From assembly GCA_022703055.1 (NCBI GenBank), contig JAKLEP010000001.1:474850-538849 (forward strand): DNA of 64,000 bases, given 5' to 3'. The DNA comes from Candidatus Omnitrophota bacterium. GTDB lineage: Bacteria > Omnitrophota > Gorgyraeia > VGKH01. A program made the position numbers and the translations under genes. This document shows, one piece after another, positions 24,565 through 32,651 of this stretch. The notes below the pieces were generated by a model. It was given only the letters and a program-made list of their open reading frames with translations, did not search any database and was not told the DNA's origin. Positions within the stretch are counted from its first letter, which is position 1; the number at the start of each line of letters is the position of its first letter.

Positions 24565-26726
24565 AACGACAACATATTAACGAAATAAAGGCAATTGTGA
24601 TTTTTGCAATTGCCTTGTTGATTTTTGCCAGCCTCATATCTTTTCATAAAGAAGACTTACCTTTTTATACTTCCCATCCCAATAATCCGCCCAAGAATCT
24701 GGTGAGAATTTTTGGAGCTTATCTTGCCGGAGGAACATTTTTCCTCATCGGCTGGAGCGGGTACATTATTGTTTTCTTGCTTTTGTATTGGAGTATTAAT
24801 AAATTCCTTTCCCGGGAGACCGGCATCAGATTCAGCAAGATATTCTTTATCGCTGTATTGTTTCTGGCTTTGAGTGCATTTTTTAGTACCTTGGGAAGCC
24901 AGGAGGCCAGCCAGAAATTCTTAAGAGGCGGAATATTAGGTTCGGTATCTTCCGATTTTCTGGTCAAGTATTGCGGGCTGGTCGGAACATATATCATACT
25001 TGCAGTATTGAGTATCCTATCCTTTATTATCACCGCTGAAGTTTTAGTTTCTCCATTTGTCTTAAGATTCTTTGATAGGTTGTCATCATTTTTTGGGAAT
25101 TTAAAAGCACCGAAGATTTCCCTGCCGCAGAGAAGAGAAAAGAAAGAGGTTCTCCTCAAGCCAAAACCAAAGGTGCTTCCGACACCTGCTCAGCCGTTGC
25201 AGGCAAAACCTATAGCTCCCCCCAAGATAGATATCAGACAGCCTAAATCGCAACCGGTGATTAAAGAAGCTGTATCTAAAGTCAAGCCGGTTGAGGAAAA
25301 AGAAAGATTTATCGGAGAATATAATTTACCTTCCTTGGATTTATTAGATAATCCGCCTCCGTTATCCACTCGTCAGATAAAAGAAGATTTGATGGAAAAT
25401 GCGCGGGTTCTAGAGGAGACCTTGAATGATTTCGGGGTAAGTGTCAGGATCGCCGATATTGAAAGAGGGCCAGTCATCACGCGCTATGAACTAGAACCAG
25501 CCCCTGGAGTTAAAGTAAATAAGATTGTTAGTTTGTCCGATGATATCGCGCTTGCGATGAAGGCTCCGACGGTAAGAATCGTTGCTCCTATCCCAGGCAA
25601 AAACCGGGTAGGGGTTGAAGTGCCAAATACCCAATCAAGCATCGTTTATCTAAAAGAAGTTTTTTCCACGGATGATTTCAGGAAATTCGGTTCGAAATTA
25701 GTCTTGGCTTTAGGCAAAGACACCGCAGGCAAGCCTTTGATTTCTGATTTAGGCGAGATGCCACATCTTTTGATTGCCGGAGCTACAGGTTCAGGAAAAA
25801 CCGTCTGCGTAAACTCGATTATTATGTCCATGCTTTATTCCGCGACTCCGCAGGAAGTGAAATTCATGATGATTGATCCCAAGATGGTGGAACTTGCTCC
25901 TTTTAACGGCTTGCCACATCTTTTATGCCCGGTAATTACCGACCATAAGAAAGTTTCCTCCGCACTTAATTGGGTGGTCAATGAGATGGAGGAGCGATAC
26001 ACTTTGTTAGCCCAGGCCGGAGTAAGAAATATTGAGGGCTATAATGACAAGAAGGAGAAATTACCATATATCGTAGTAATAATAGATGAGCTTGCTGATT
26101 TAATGGTGGTTGCAGCAGCCCAGATCGAAAATGCTATCACCAGATTGGCGCAGCTTTCCCGCGCTGTAGGTATACATTTAATTCTGGCAACTCAGCGTCC
26201 CTCGGTTGATGTCATTACCGGCGTAATCAAGGCTAACTTCCCGGCAAGAATTTCATTTAAAGTAGCATCGAAAGTTGATTCGCGCACGGTTTTGGATATG
26301 AACGGAGCCGATAAGCTTGTTGGCAAAGGCGATATGTTATTTTTGAAACCCGGAGAAGCAAAGCCGATCCGCGCCCAGGGCAGCCTTATCCAGGATAAAG
26401 AAATTGAAAGGGTCGTGGAATTTATCCGTTCCCAGCAGGAGCCGTTTTATGACGAAGATTTGATAAAGGAACAGGAAAAGAAAGCCATGCATATGGACCT
26501 GGAAAAGGATGAATTATTCGACGAAGCCGTTAAATTAATCCTCGAGTCAAACCAGGCTTCTGTTTCTGTATTGCAAAGAAGAATGAGATTGGGTTATACG
26601 AGGGCGGCGCGAATTATCGACATGATGGAGCAGGAAGGCATCGTTGGGCCTTTTCGCGGAAGCAAGCCCCGAGAAATTTTAGTAGATAAAGACGCATGGT
26701 TAGCAAAGGATAATCCCCAGAAATGA
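24561..26726 (+). CDS. ftsK: DNA translocase FtsK
   Basis: N-terminal TM helices, a Pro-rich linker, GATGSGKTVCVN, IDELADLM and a C-terminal gamma winged helix. Confidence 0.95.
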   Translation: MKRQHINEIKAIVIFAIALLIFASLISFHKEDLPFYTSHPNNPPKNLVRIFGAYLAGGTFFLIGWSGYIIVFLLLYWSINKFLSRETGIRFSKIFFIAVLFLALSAFFSTLGSQEASQKFLRGGILGSVSSDFLVKYCGLVGTYIILAVLSILSFIITAEVLVSPFVLRFFDRLSSFFGNLKAPKISLPQRREKKEVLLKPKPKVLPTPAQPLQAKPIAPPKIDIRQPKSQPVIKEAVSKVKPVEEKERFIGEYNLPSLDLLDNPPPLSTRQIKEDLMENARVLEETLNDFGVSVRIADIERGPVITRYELEPAPGVKVNKIVSLSDDIALAMKAPTVRIVAPIPGKNRVGVEVPNTQSSIVYLKEVFSTDDFRKFGSKLVLALGKDTAGKPLISDLGEMPHLLIAGATGSGKTVCVNSIIMSMLYSATPQEVKFMMIDPKMVELAPFNGLPHLLCPVITDHKKVSSALNWVVNEMEERYTLLAQAGVRNIEGYNDKKEKLPYIVVIIDELADLMVVAAAQIENAITRLAQLSRAVGIHLILATQRPSVDVITGVIKANFPARISFKVASKVDSRTVLDMNGADKLVGKGDMLFLKPGEAKPIRAQGSLIQDKEIERVVEFIRSQQEPFYDEDLIKEQEKKAMHMDLEKDELFDEAVKLILESNQASVSVLQRRMRLGYTRAARIIDMMEQEGIVGPFRGSKPREILVDKDAWLAKDNPQK

Positions 26727-27472
26727 GCGAGTCTATAGGCGCAAAATTAAGACAGGCAAGAGAAGCCAAGAATTTGACTTTGGAACAGGCTTATGCCAAG
26801 ACCAAAATCCACGTCAATATTTTACAGGCTTTGGAAGAAGATAGATTCCAGGAGCAAAGCCTGATCTATTTAAAAAGTTTCCTGAAAATCTATGCTCAGT
26901 TCTTGAAGTTGGATGTCGATGCTCTTATGCAGGAGTTTAAGGAGTTATACCAGCCAAAAGGTTCTGAAGTTGTCCGCAAAACAAATCCTAAGGCACAAGC
27001 AAAAACTAGCTCGTTTAAATTCAAGATAGACCCGAAGGTGTTTAAGATGATTGTTGTAGTCGTTGTCGCGGCGATTTTGTTGTTTATACTTATTTCTTTT
27101 ATCAAATTTGTGAAGTCAAAATTACCTGTTAGGCAACCTAAACAAGAAGAAGTGGTCAAAGAAACTATTGTTAAGCCTAAGCCTCTTTCCGAGGAGAGAA
27201 AACCTAAATTTGCCAAATTATCCATACGCGCAACCGAGAACAGTTGGCTGCAGGTTAAATTAGACGGCAAAACCATCTTTGAGGGGACATTCAAGAAGAA
27301 CTTGTCGGATAACTGGCAAGCCAAGGAAAAGATTGAACTATCCGTCGGAAATGCCGGAGCTATCCAGGCAGAGATTAACGGGCAGATTTTATCTCCTCTC
27401 GGTAAGAAGGGTGAGGTAATCAAGAATATCGTTATCACCAGAGACGGCTTCTCCCTGGGCAAAGGCCACTAA
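26723..27472 (+). CDS. rodZ: RodZ-like cytoskeleton protein (HTH, TM, DUF4115)
   Basis: N-terminal HTH IGAKLRQAREAKNLTLEQ, one TM helix, and a C-terminal WLQVKLDG...VGNAGAIQAEINGQ. Confidence 0.75.
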   Translation: MSESIGAKLRQAREAKNLTLEQAYAKTKIHVNILQALEEDRFQEQSLIYLKSFLKIYAQFLKLDVDALMQEFKELYQPKGSEVVRKTNPKAQAKTSSFKFKIDPKVFKMIVVVVVAAILLFILISFIKFVKSKLPVRQPKQEEVVKETIVKPKPLSEERKPKFAKLSIRATENSWLQVKLDGKTIFEGTFKKNLSDNWQAKEKIELSVGNAGAIQAEINGQILSPLGKKGEVIKNIVITRDGFSLGKGH

Positions 27473-27508
27473 ATCCTAAGTTTTAGGAAACAAATCTCAC
27501 CTTTTAAA

Positions 27509-28774
27509 ATGATAAAAAACGCAAAACCAAAAGTTGGTATTATCAGTTTAGGCTGCCCGCGCAATTTAGTTGATTCAGAAATCATCTTGGGAAATCTCAA
27601 AAACCAAGGCTATCAGATAAGCGATATACAAGATGCAGATATCGCCATAGTCAATACTTGCTGCTTTATCAAAGAGGCCAAAGAGGAATCAATCGAAACG
27701 ATATTGGAGCTTGCCGATTTAAAAGCTCAAGGCAGGATTAAAAAACTCATAGTTAGCGGATGCCTACCCCAGCGTTACCGAAAAGAATTAATCCCGCACT
27801 TGAAAGAAGTTGATGCATTCGTGGGAAGGTTGTCGCTAGATAACTTCCCCAAGGAGCGCTATAATCTTGTACCTAAACATTTTGCTTACCTTAAAATCTC
27901 CGAAGGATGCAATAACCATTGCAGCTATTGCGTTATTCCTAAAATAAAGGGTAAATTTAGAAGCCGGCCGATAGAGGATATCTTGAAAGAGATAAGGTTG
28001 CTCGATAAGAATAAGGTTAAAGAAATTAATATCATCGGTCAGGACATTACTTCCTACGGAATGGATATCTATAAGAAGCCTTCGCTGGCAAAACTGCTTA
28101 AGAAAATAGTTTCATCCACCAAGAATGTAAAATGGATCAGGCTGCTTTATACTTACCCTACCAATATCGATGATGAGCTCATTGAATTAATTGCAAGCAA
28201 TAAGAAAATCTGTAAATATCTGGACTTGCCGATTCAACATATCAATAACCGTATTTTGAAATTGATGAATCGCAGGATTTCTAAAGAACAGATTGTAGAT
28301 TTAATTAAAAGGTTGAGAATCAAAGTGCCTGGCATAGCGATCCGCACTTCGCTTATAGTCGGTTTTCCGTCTGAGACTGAGAAGGAATTTCAGGAGCTTT
28401 TGGATTTTGTAAGCATAACAAAATTTGAAAGGCTTGGGGTTTTTATGTACTCTCGCGAAGAAGGTACGCCGGCATATAATTTCAAAAATCAAATTCCACA
28501 AAAAGTCAAAGAAGAGCGCCTGCATAAAATTATGTCGATGCAACAGGCAATAGCCAGGGAAATAAATTCAAAGTTCTTGAACAAAGAAATATATGTTTTG
28601 ATTGATGAAATTGGCGAAGAGCCTGGTTTATTTCTGGGGCGTACCGAATCCGACGCTCCGGAAGTTGACGGCATGGTCTATGTGCATTCCAAAAACAAAG
28701 TAAAACCCGGCGACTTAGTAAAGGTGAAGATAAAAGATACCTATGAATATGATCTGGTAGGTGAAAAAATATGA
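27509..28774 (+). CDS. rimO: Ribosomal protein S12 methylthiotransferase RimO
   Basis: SLGCPRNLVDSE, radical SAM motif EGCNNHCSYCVIP, and a TRAM C-terminus. Confidence 0.9.
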   Translation: MIKNAKPKVGIISLGCPRNLVDSEIILGNLKNQGYQISDIQDADIAIVNTCCFIKEAKEESIETILELADLKAQGRIKKLIVSGCLPQRYRKELIPHLKEVDAFVGRLSLDNFPKERYNLVPKHFAYLKISEGCNNHCSYCVIPKIKGKFRSRPIEDILKEIRLLDKNKVKEINIIGQDITSYGMDIYKKPSLAKLLKKIVSSTKNVKWIRLLYTYPTNIDDELIELIASNKKICKYLDLPIQHINNRILKLMNRRISKEQIVDLIKRLRIKVPGIAIRTSLIVGFPSETEKEFQELLDFVSITKFERLGVFMYSREEGTPAYNFKNQIPQKVKEERLHKIMSMQQAIAREINSKFLNKEIYVLIDEIGEEPGLFLGRTESDAPEVDGMVYVHSKNKVKPGDLVKVKIKDTYEYDLVGEKI

Positions 28775-29346
28775 ATCTGCCCAATAAATTGACTATTCTC
28801 AGGATTGTTCTTACCTTTGTTTTTATGTTGTTTCTTTTTTCGCGGGGTCTGGTTTTTAAGATTATCGCATTAGTTGTATTTTCTCTGGCTTCATTGACCG
28901 ATTTCTACGACGGATACATCGCTAGAAAACGAAACTTGGTTACAAATTTCGGGAAAATCATGGACCCGATAGCTGATAAACTTCTTGTTTTAGGCGCTTT
29001 TCTGGCTTTCGTACAATTACATATAATCTCTGCCTGGATGGTGGTTTTGATCATAAGCCGCGAAATGATTATTACAGGCTTGAGGTTATTTGCTATGACT
29101 AAGGGTAAGTTTTTACAGGCGGAAAAGGGCGGCAAGCACAAGACGGTTTCTCAGATGGTTGCCATTTTTCTGATTTTAGGATATCTGATCTTTAAAGAAA
29201 TAATTATCCGCTATTTTAACTGGACCTATAACATTGAAGTATGGTGCCGACTTGGCATAGTCCTTACAATGTTGGTAACGGTAACCTTGACGCTTATTTC
29301 GGGTATATCGTATTTATGGAATAATAGGAGTCTATTCAATGATTAA
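28771..29346 (+). CDS. pgsA: CDP-diacylglycerol--glycerol-3-phosphate 3-phosphatidyltransferase
   Basis: CDP-alcohol phosphatidyltransferase motif DFYDGYIARK...GKIMDPIADK. Confidence 0.9.
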   Translation: MNLPNKLTILRIVLTFVFMLFLFSRGLVFKIIALVVFSLASLTDFYDGYIARKRNLVTNFGKIMDPIADKLLVLGAFLAFVQLHIISAWMVVLIISREMIITGLRLFAMTKGKFLQAEKGGKHKTVSQMVAIFLILGYLIFKEIIIRYFNWTYNIEVWCRLGIVLTMLVTVTLTLISGISYLWNNRSLFND

Positions 29347-29797
29347 GAAGATTGTTGAGTTCATTGCAACAGCGTTTTACGTAGGATACCTGCCTATATC
29401 GGGGACGATGGCAAGCCTGGTCGGCTTAGTGATTTATTTCTGTATAAATAATAATAATTATCTGTATGCGGTTGTTTTGGCAGCTACTTTGATTTTAGGG
29501 TTTCTGACAAGCGGAAGGGCGGAGGGGATTTTAAAGCAGAAAGACTCGCGTAGGATTGTTATCGATGAGGTCTCCGGGATGCTTATTTCGTTATTCTTGC
29601 TGCCCGTAAAACTGCCGGTAATAATCCTTGGTTTTTTTCTTTTCAGGGCCTTCGATACGCTCAAGCCGCCGCCTTTAGATAGATTACAAAATCTTCGCGG
29701 CAGCGCAGGCGTCATGCTTGACGATATCGTCGCCGCAATTTATACCAACCTAATTCTTCAGCTTTCCTTAAGATTGACTTCAACCATGGCTTCGTAG
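29339..29797 (+). CDS. pgpA: Phosphatidylglycerophosphatase A
   Basis: PGTMASLVG, IDEVSGM and FRAFDTLKPPP. Confidence 0.85.
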   Translation: MIKKIVEFIATAFYVGYLPISGTMASLVGLVIYFCINNNNYLYAVVLAATLILGFLTSGRAEGILKQKDSRRIVIDEVSGMLISLFLLPVKLPVIILGFFLFRAFDTLKPPPLDRLQNLRGSAGVMLDDIVAAIYTNLILQLSLRLTSTMAS

Positions 29798-30333
29798 ATA
29801 GGGCCTTTTGGGGTGAGAGTACTCTTGAAGAGAGTAATTCTGTCTGCAACAAAATTCAAATCAGATATATCCTTGTTTTTGTTAATAAGCTCGCTTAATT
29901 TGAAGCGGTTTATCGGGCTTTTTACTCTTCCCAGAGTCAAATGCGGCACAAAATCTCTTTCCTCTTTGGGGATGCCAAGTTTGGAAAGATTATTTTCTAA
30001 GTCGTTTGCGATAGATACTGAATTTTCTTTGCCTGCTTCGATTCCCACCCAAATTACTCGTGGGCTCCTGGCATTTGGAAATGCGCCTAATTCTTTTATT
30101 GCGGCAGAAAACTTATTATGATTTTTGCTTAAATCTTCGAGCATATTTTTGATTTTGGGAATCAAATCAGTTTCAATATCTCCTAGGAACTTTAAGGTTA
30201 GATGGATATTTTTAGGCTCGACCCATTTTACGTCGGAGCCGCTGGCTTTCAGTTCGTTTTGAATCTTAGCAAGGCTTTCTTGGGTTTGTTTATCGAGTTC
30301 AATGGCAATAAATGTGCGGATTTTATCGCTCAT
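29758..30333 (-). CDS. thpR: RNA 2',3'-cyclic phosphodiesterase (2H family, LigT/ThpR)
   Basis: Two HxT motifs, HLTLKFLG and HLTLGRV. Confidence 0.85.
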   Translation of the reverse strand: MSDKIRTFIAIELDKQTQESLAKIQNELKASGSDVKWVEPKNIHLTLKFLGDIETDLIPKIKNMLEDLSKNHNKFSAAIKELGAFPNARSPRVIWVGIEAGKENSVSIANDLENNLSKLGIPKEERDFVPHLTLGRVKSPINRFKLSELINKNKDISDLNFVADRITLFKSTLTPKGPIYEAMVEVNLKES

Positions 30334-30334
30334 T

Positions 30335-30808
30335 TTATTTGGCTAGAAAATCATATAGCAATTTTAACACAGCAGAGGATGCTTGTTTCTTTACTGCAAG
30401 CCGGCTGCCTTTAAAATTAAGTTTCCTGGCTACTTCATAATTTTTGGTTGCCAGTGCAATGTAGACTAGCCCGACCGGTTTTTCTTTCGTGCCGCCGCTT
30501 GGCCCAGCAATGCCGGTCACCCCTAATCCTATATCCGTTTCGCAAATTCGCCTGATGTTTCTTGCCATCATAATAGCTACTGGTTTGCTAACTGTGCCAT
30601 TTTTGGCTATTATTCGGCTAGGGATCTTCAATAGCTTGATTTTTATTGTCCTTCTATAGGCAACAATAGCGGCTTTAAAATATGTTGAAATTCCCGGGAT
30701 ATTGGTAAGTCTGTCAGATACAAGTCCGCCAGTGCATGATTCGGCGACGGAAATAGCCTTGTTTTGTTTCCTTAATAATTCTGCAACTTTTTGCTCTAAG
30801 GATTTCAT
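30335..30808 (-). CDS. pncC: CinA C-terminal domain protein / nicotinamide-nucleotide amidohydrolase
   Basis: AESCTGGL and GVTGIAGP. I chose ATG at 30808 (MKSLEQK) over the track TTG at 30856. Confidence 0.8.
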   Translation of the reverse strand: MKSLEQKVAELLRKQNKAISVAESCTGGLVSDRLTNIPGISTYFKAAIVAYRRTIKIKLLKIPSRIIAKNGTVSKPVAIMMARNIRRICETDIGLGVTGIAGPSGGTKEKPVGLVYIALATKNYEVARKLNFKGSRLAVKKQASSAVLKLLYDFLAK

Positions 30809-30889
30809 GACAATATTATATGCTAAATACTCTAGTGCTTCAATACGAAAATACAAAAAACTTCTTTACAACCTTGGGCAATCTTAGTA

Positions 30890-30909
30890 TTATTAGCATA
30901 TGCTAATAA
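30890..30909. promoter_or_regulatory. Perfect 20-bp palindrome, candidate operator upstream of the DUF134 gene
   Basis: TTATTAGCAT|ATGCTAATAA lies 3 nt upstream of SD AAGGAGG (30913-30919), in the divergent cinA/DUF134 intergenic region. Confidence 0.45.
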
Positions 30910-30924
30910 CTCAAGGAGGCGAAT

Positions 30925-31392
30925 ATGCCGAGGCCTTTTAGATTAAGGAAGGTTTGCTGCAGGCCAACCTCAAATTATTTTAAACCGAGAGGTATCCCCA
31001 TAGAGGCATTGCAGGAAGTTAATTTAACTATGGATGAGCTAGAGGCCGTGAGACTTGCTGACTTGGAAGGATTGTATCAGGAGGACGCCGCAAAGAAAAT
31101 GAATATTTCTCGTCAGACTTTCGGAAACATTATTGTTTCAGCGCATAAGAAGATAGCGGATTCATTGGTCAATAGCAGGGCATTGAAGATAGAAGGGGGT
31201 GTAGTAAAAATGATAGAGAGAAATTTTGTTTGTTATGATTGTAAACACGAATGGACTTCGCCACATGGCGCAGGGAGGCCCGATGAATGTCCCAAGTGCA
31301 AAAGTATAAATATTCATAGATCAGTAAAAGACAGGGGCTGGTCAAGACATGGAGGCCATGGCGGTGGTCACCGAGTTTGCAGGAGGGCTTAA
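30925..31392 (+). CDS. DUF134 (UPF0251) DNA-binding-like protein with C-terminal zinc ribbon and His/Gly tail
   Basis: MPRPFRLRKVCCRPTSNYFKPRGIP, an HTH-like EDAAKKMNISRQTFGNII, CYDC...CPKC, and HGGHGGGH. Confidence 0.75.
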   Translation: MPRPFRLRKVCCRPTSNYFKPRGIPIEALQEVNLTMDELEAVRLADLEGLYQEDAAKKMNISRQTFGNIIVSAHKKIADSLVNSRALKIEGGVVKMIERNFVCYDCKHEWTSPHGAGRPDECPKCKSINIHRSVKDRGWSRHGGHGGGHRVCRRA

Positions 31393-31985
31393 TGGATAAA
31401 AATATTATACATCTTCTGCAGAGATTGGTTCAGTTCAAAAAGCTCGGTTATGATATGTTAAAAGAGCGTAACTTCGCTTTGAAAAAGGCAGAGTTCAAAA
31501 AGAATAAAGATATCCTTGAAATAGGTACGGGTAGAGGTTTTATGGCGTTAACCCTTGCTAAAAAAGGTTTCAAGGTTACGACAATCGATAGTGATAGTCG
31601 TATTCAACGAATCGCACGAAGTATCCTTCGGTATTATCATCTAGAAAAGTTTGTTCGGTTTAAGACAATGGATGCCGAGCGTATTTTGTTTGATGACGAT
31701 TCGTTTGATTACGTATTGGCAGTTAATTTTATGCATCATGCAAAAAAACCTTTTATTTGTCTTAAAGAGATGGTGCGAGTAGCAAAAGAAAAGATTCTGA
31801 TAGTGGATGTGAATAAGCGAGGAGCCAAGATATTAGAAGAAATACATACCCAAGAGGGGCATCATCACGAACGCTCAAGGATAGGTTTTTTGGAAGTTAA
31901 GGATTTCTTTCGTAAAAATAAGATGGCGGTTGAGACTTTTCAGAGCAAATGTCAAACCATTATCGTGGCTAAGAAAGGATGTTGA
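31392..31985 (+). CDS. Class I SAM-dependent methyltransferase
   Basis: Motif I ILEIGTGRGFMAL. ATG 31392 overlaps the previous stop (TAATG) and follows AGGAGGG. Confidence 0.7.
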   Translation: MDKNIIHLLQRLVQFKKLGYDMLKERNFALKKAEFKKNKDILEIGTGRGFMALTLAKKGFKVTTIDSDSRIQRIARSILRYYHLEKFVRFKTMDAERILFDDDSFDYVLAVNFMHHAKKPFICLKEMVRVAKEKILIVDVNKRGAKILEEIHTQEGHHHERSRIGFLEVKDFFRKNKMAVETFQSKCQTIIVAKKGC

Positions 31986-31986
31986 T

Positions 31987-32355
31987 ATGAGGATATGTGT
32001 TCCGACTGAAACAGACGAGGGGTTAAAAGCTAAGATCAACGCTCATTTCGGCAGTGCAGCTTTTTTTACTATTTATGACTCAGATAAAGAATCGCTCGAA
32101 GTCATTAGCAACAGCAATCAGCATCATATGCATGGCATGTGTCAGCCCATGAGCGCTTTAGATAATAAAAAAATAGATATTGTTATTTGCGGAGGTATGG
32201 GTGCACGGGCAGTTATGAAACTTAACGATAGTGGCATTAAAGCCTATAAAGCCATAGCTGGGACTGTCGCCGATGTGATAAAACGGTGTAAAGCAGGTTC
32301 GCTTGAAGAGATAACCGCTGAGTCTGCTTGCGACCATAGCGATTGCCGCCAGTAA
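31987..32355 (+). CDS. NifB/NifX-family (dinitrogenase FeMo-cofactor-binding-like) domain protein
   Basis: MRICVPTETDEGLKAKINAHFGSAAFFTIYD and GGMGARA. Confidence 0.7.
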   Translation: MRICVPTETDEGLKAKINAHFGSAAFFTIYDSDKESLEVISNSNQHHMHGMCQPMSALDNKKIDIVICGGMGARAVMKLNDSGIKAYKAIAGTVADVIKRCKAGSLEEITAESACDHSDCRQ

Positions 32356-32456
32356 TCTATAGTTAAAATCGCCAAATCGTAAAAATTTACTCTCCCAAAA
32401 AAATGTCAGAAAATTAAGACCCTTCTTGATCTATAAAGCTTATTGTTCAAAAACTG

Positions 32457-32485
32457 TTGATTTTTTGATTAACGTATGTTATAAA
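32457..32485 (+). promoter_or_regulatory. Candidate promoter in the nifX-like/otsA intergenic region
   Basis: TTGATT 32457-32462, 17-nt spacer, TATAAA 32480-32485. Confidence 0.4.
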
Positions 32486-32563
32486 TAAAACAATCGTAAT
32501 TAAACCTAATGGGTCCAGAAATGAATATTTTTTTCTGGAGGTTAAAATTTTGAGATGGTCGGG

Positions 32564-32601
32564 CCGCCATCTGCTAAAAAAGCAGATGGCGGTTTTATTT
32601 T
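32564..32601 (+). terminator. Strong rho-independent terminator
   Basis: 12-bp perfect stem CCGCCATCTGCT (32564-32575) / AGCAGATGGCGG (32581-32592), loop AAAAA, then TTTTATTTT. Confidence 0.8.
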
Positions 32602-32651
32602 GAATGGGAGATGCAGCCATTTAGGAAAATGATTGCAAACTAAAGGAAGTA

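Noticed and set aside
26896-27462. 188-aa antisense ORF opposite rodZ
   Set aside because: rodZ has HTH, TM and DUF4115 features on the + strand. The antisense product is Ser/Leu/Thr-rich, as expected from reverse reading of a Lys/Glu-rich gene.
32521-32553. 10-codon ORF (MNIFFWRLKF) considered as a leader peptide
   Set aside because: There is no Shine-Dalgarno sequence and no codon pattern suggestive of attenuation. It is retained only as part of the sRNA/UTR hypothesis.
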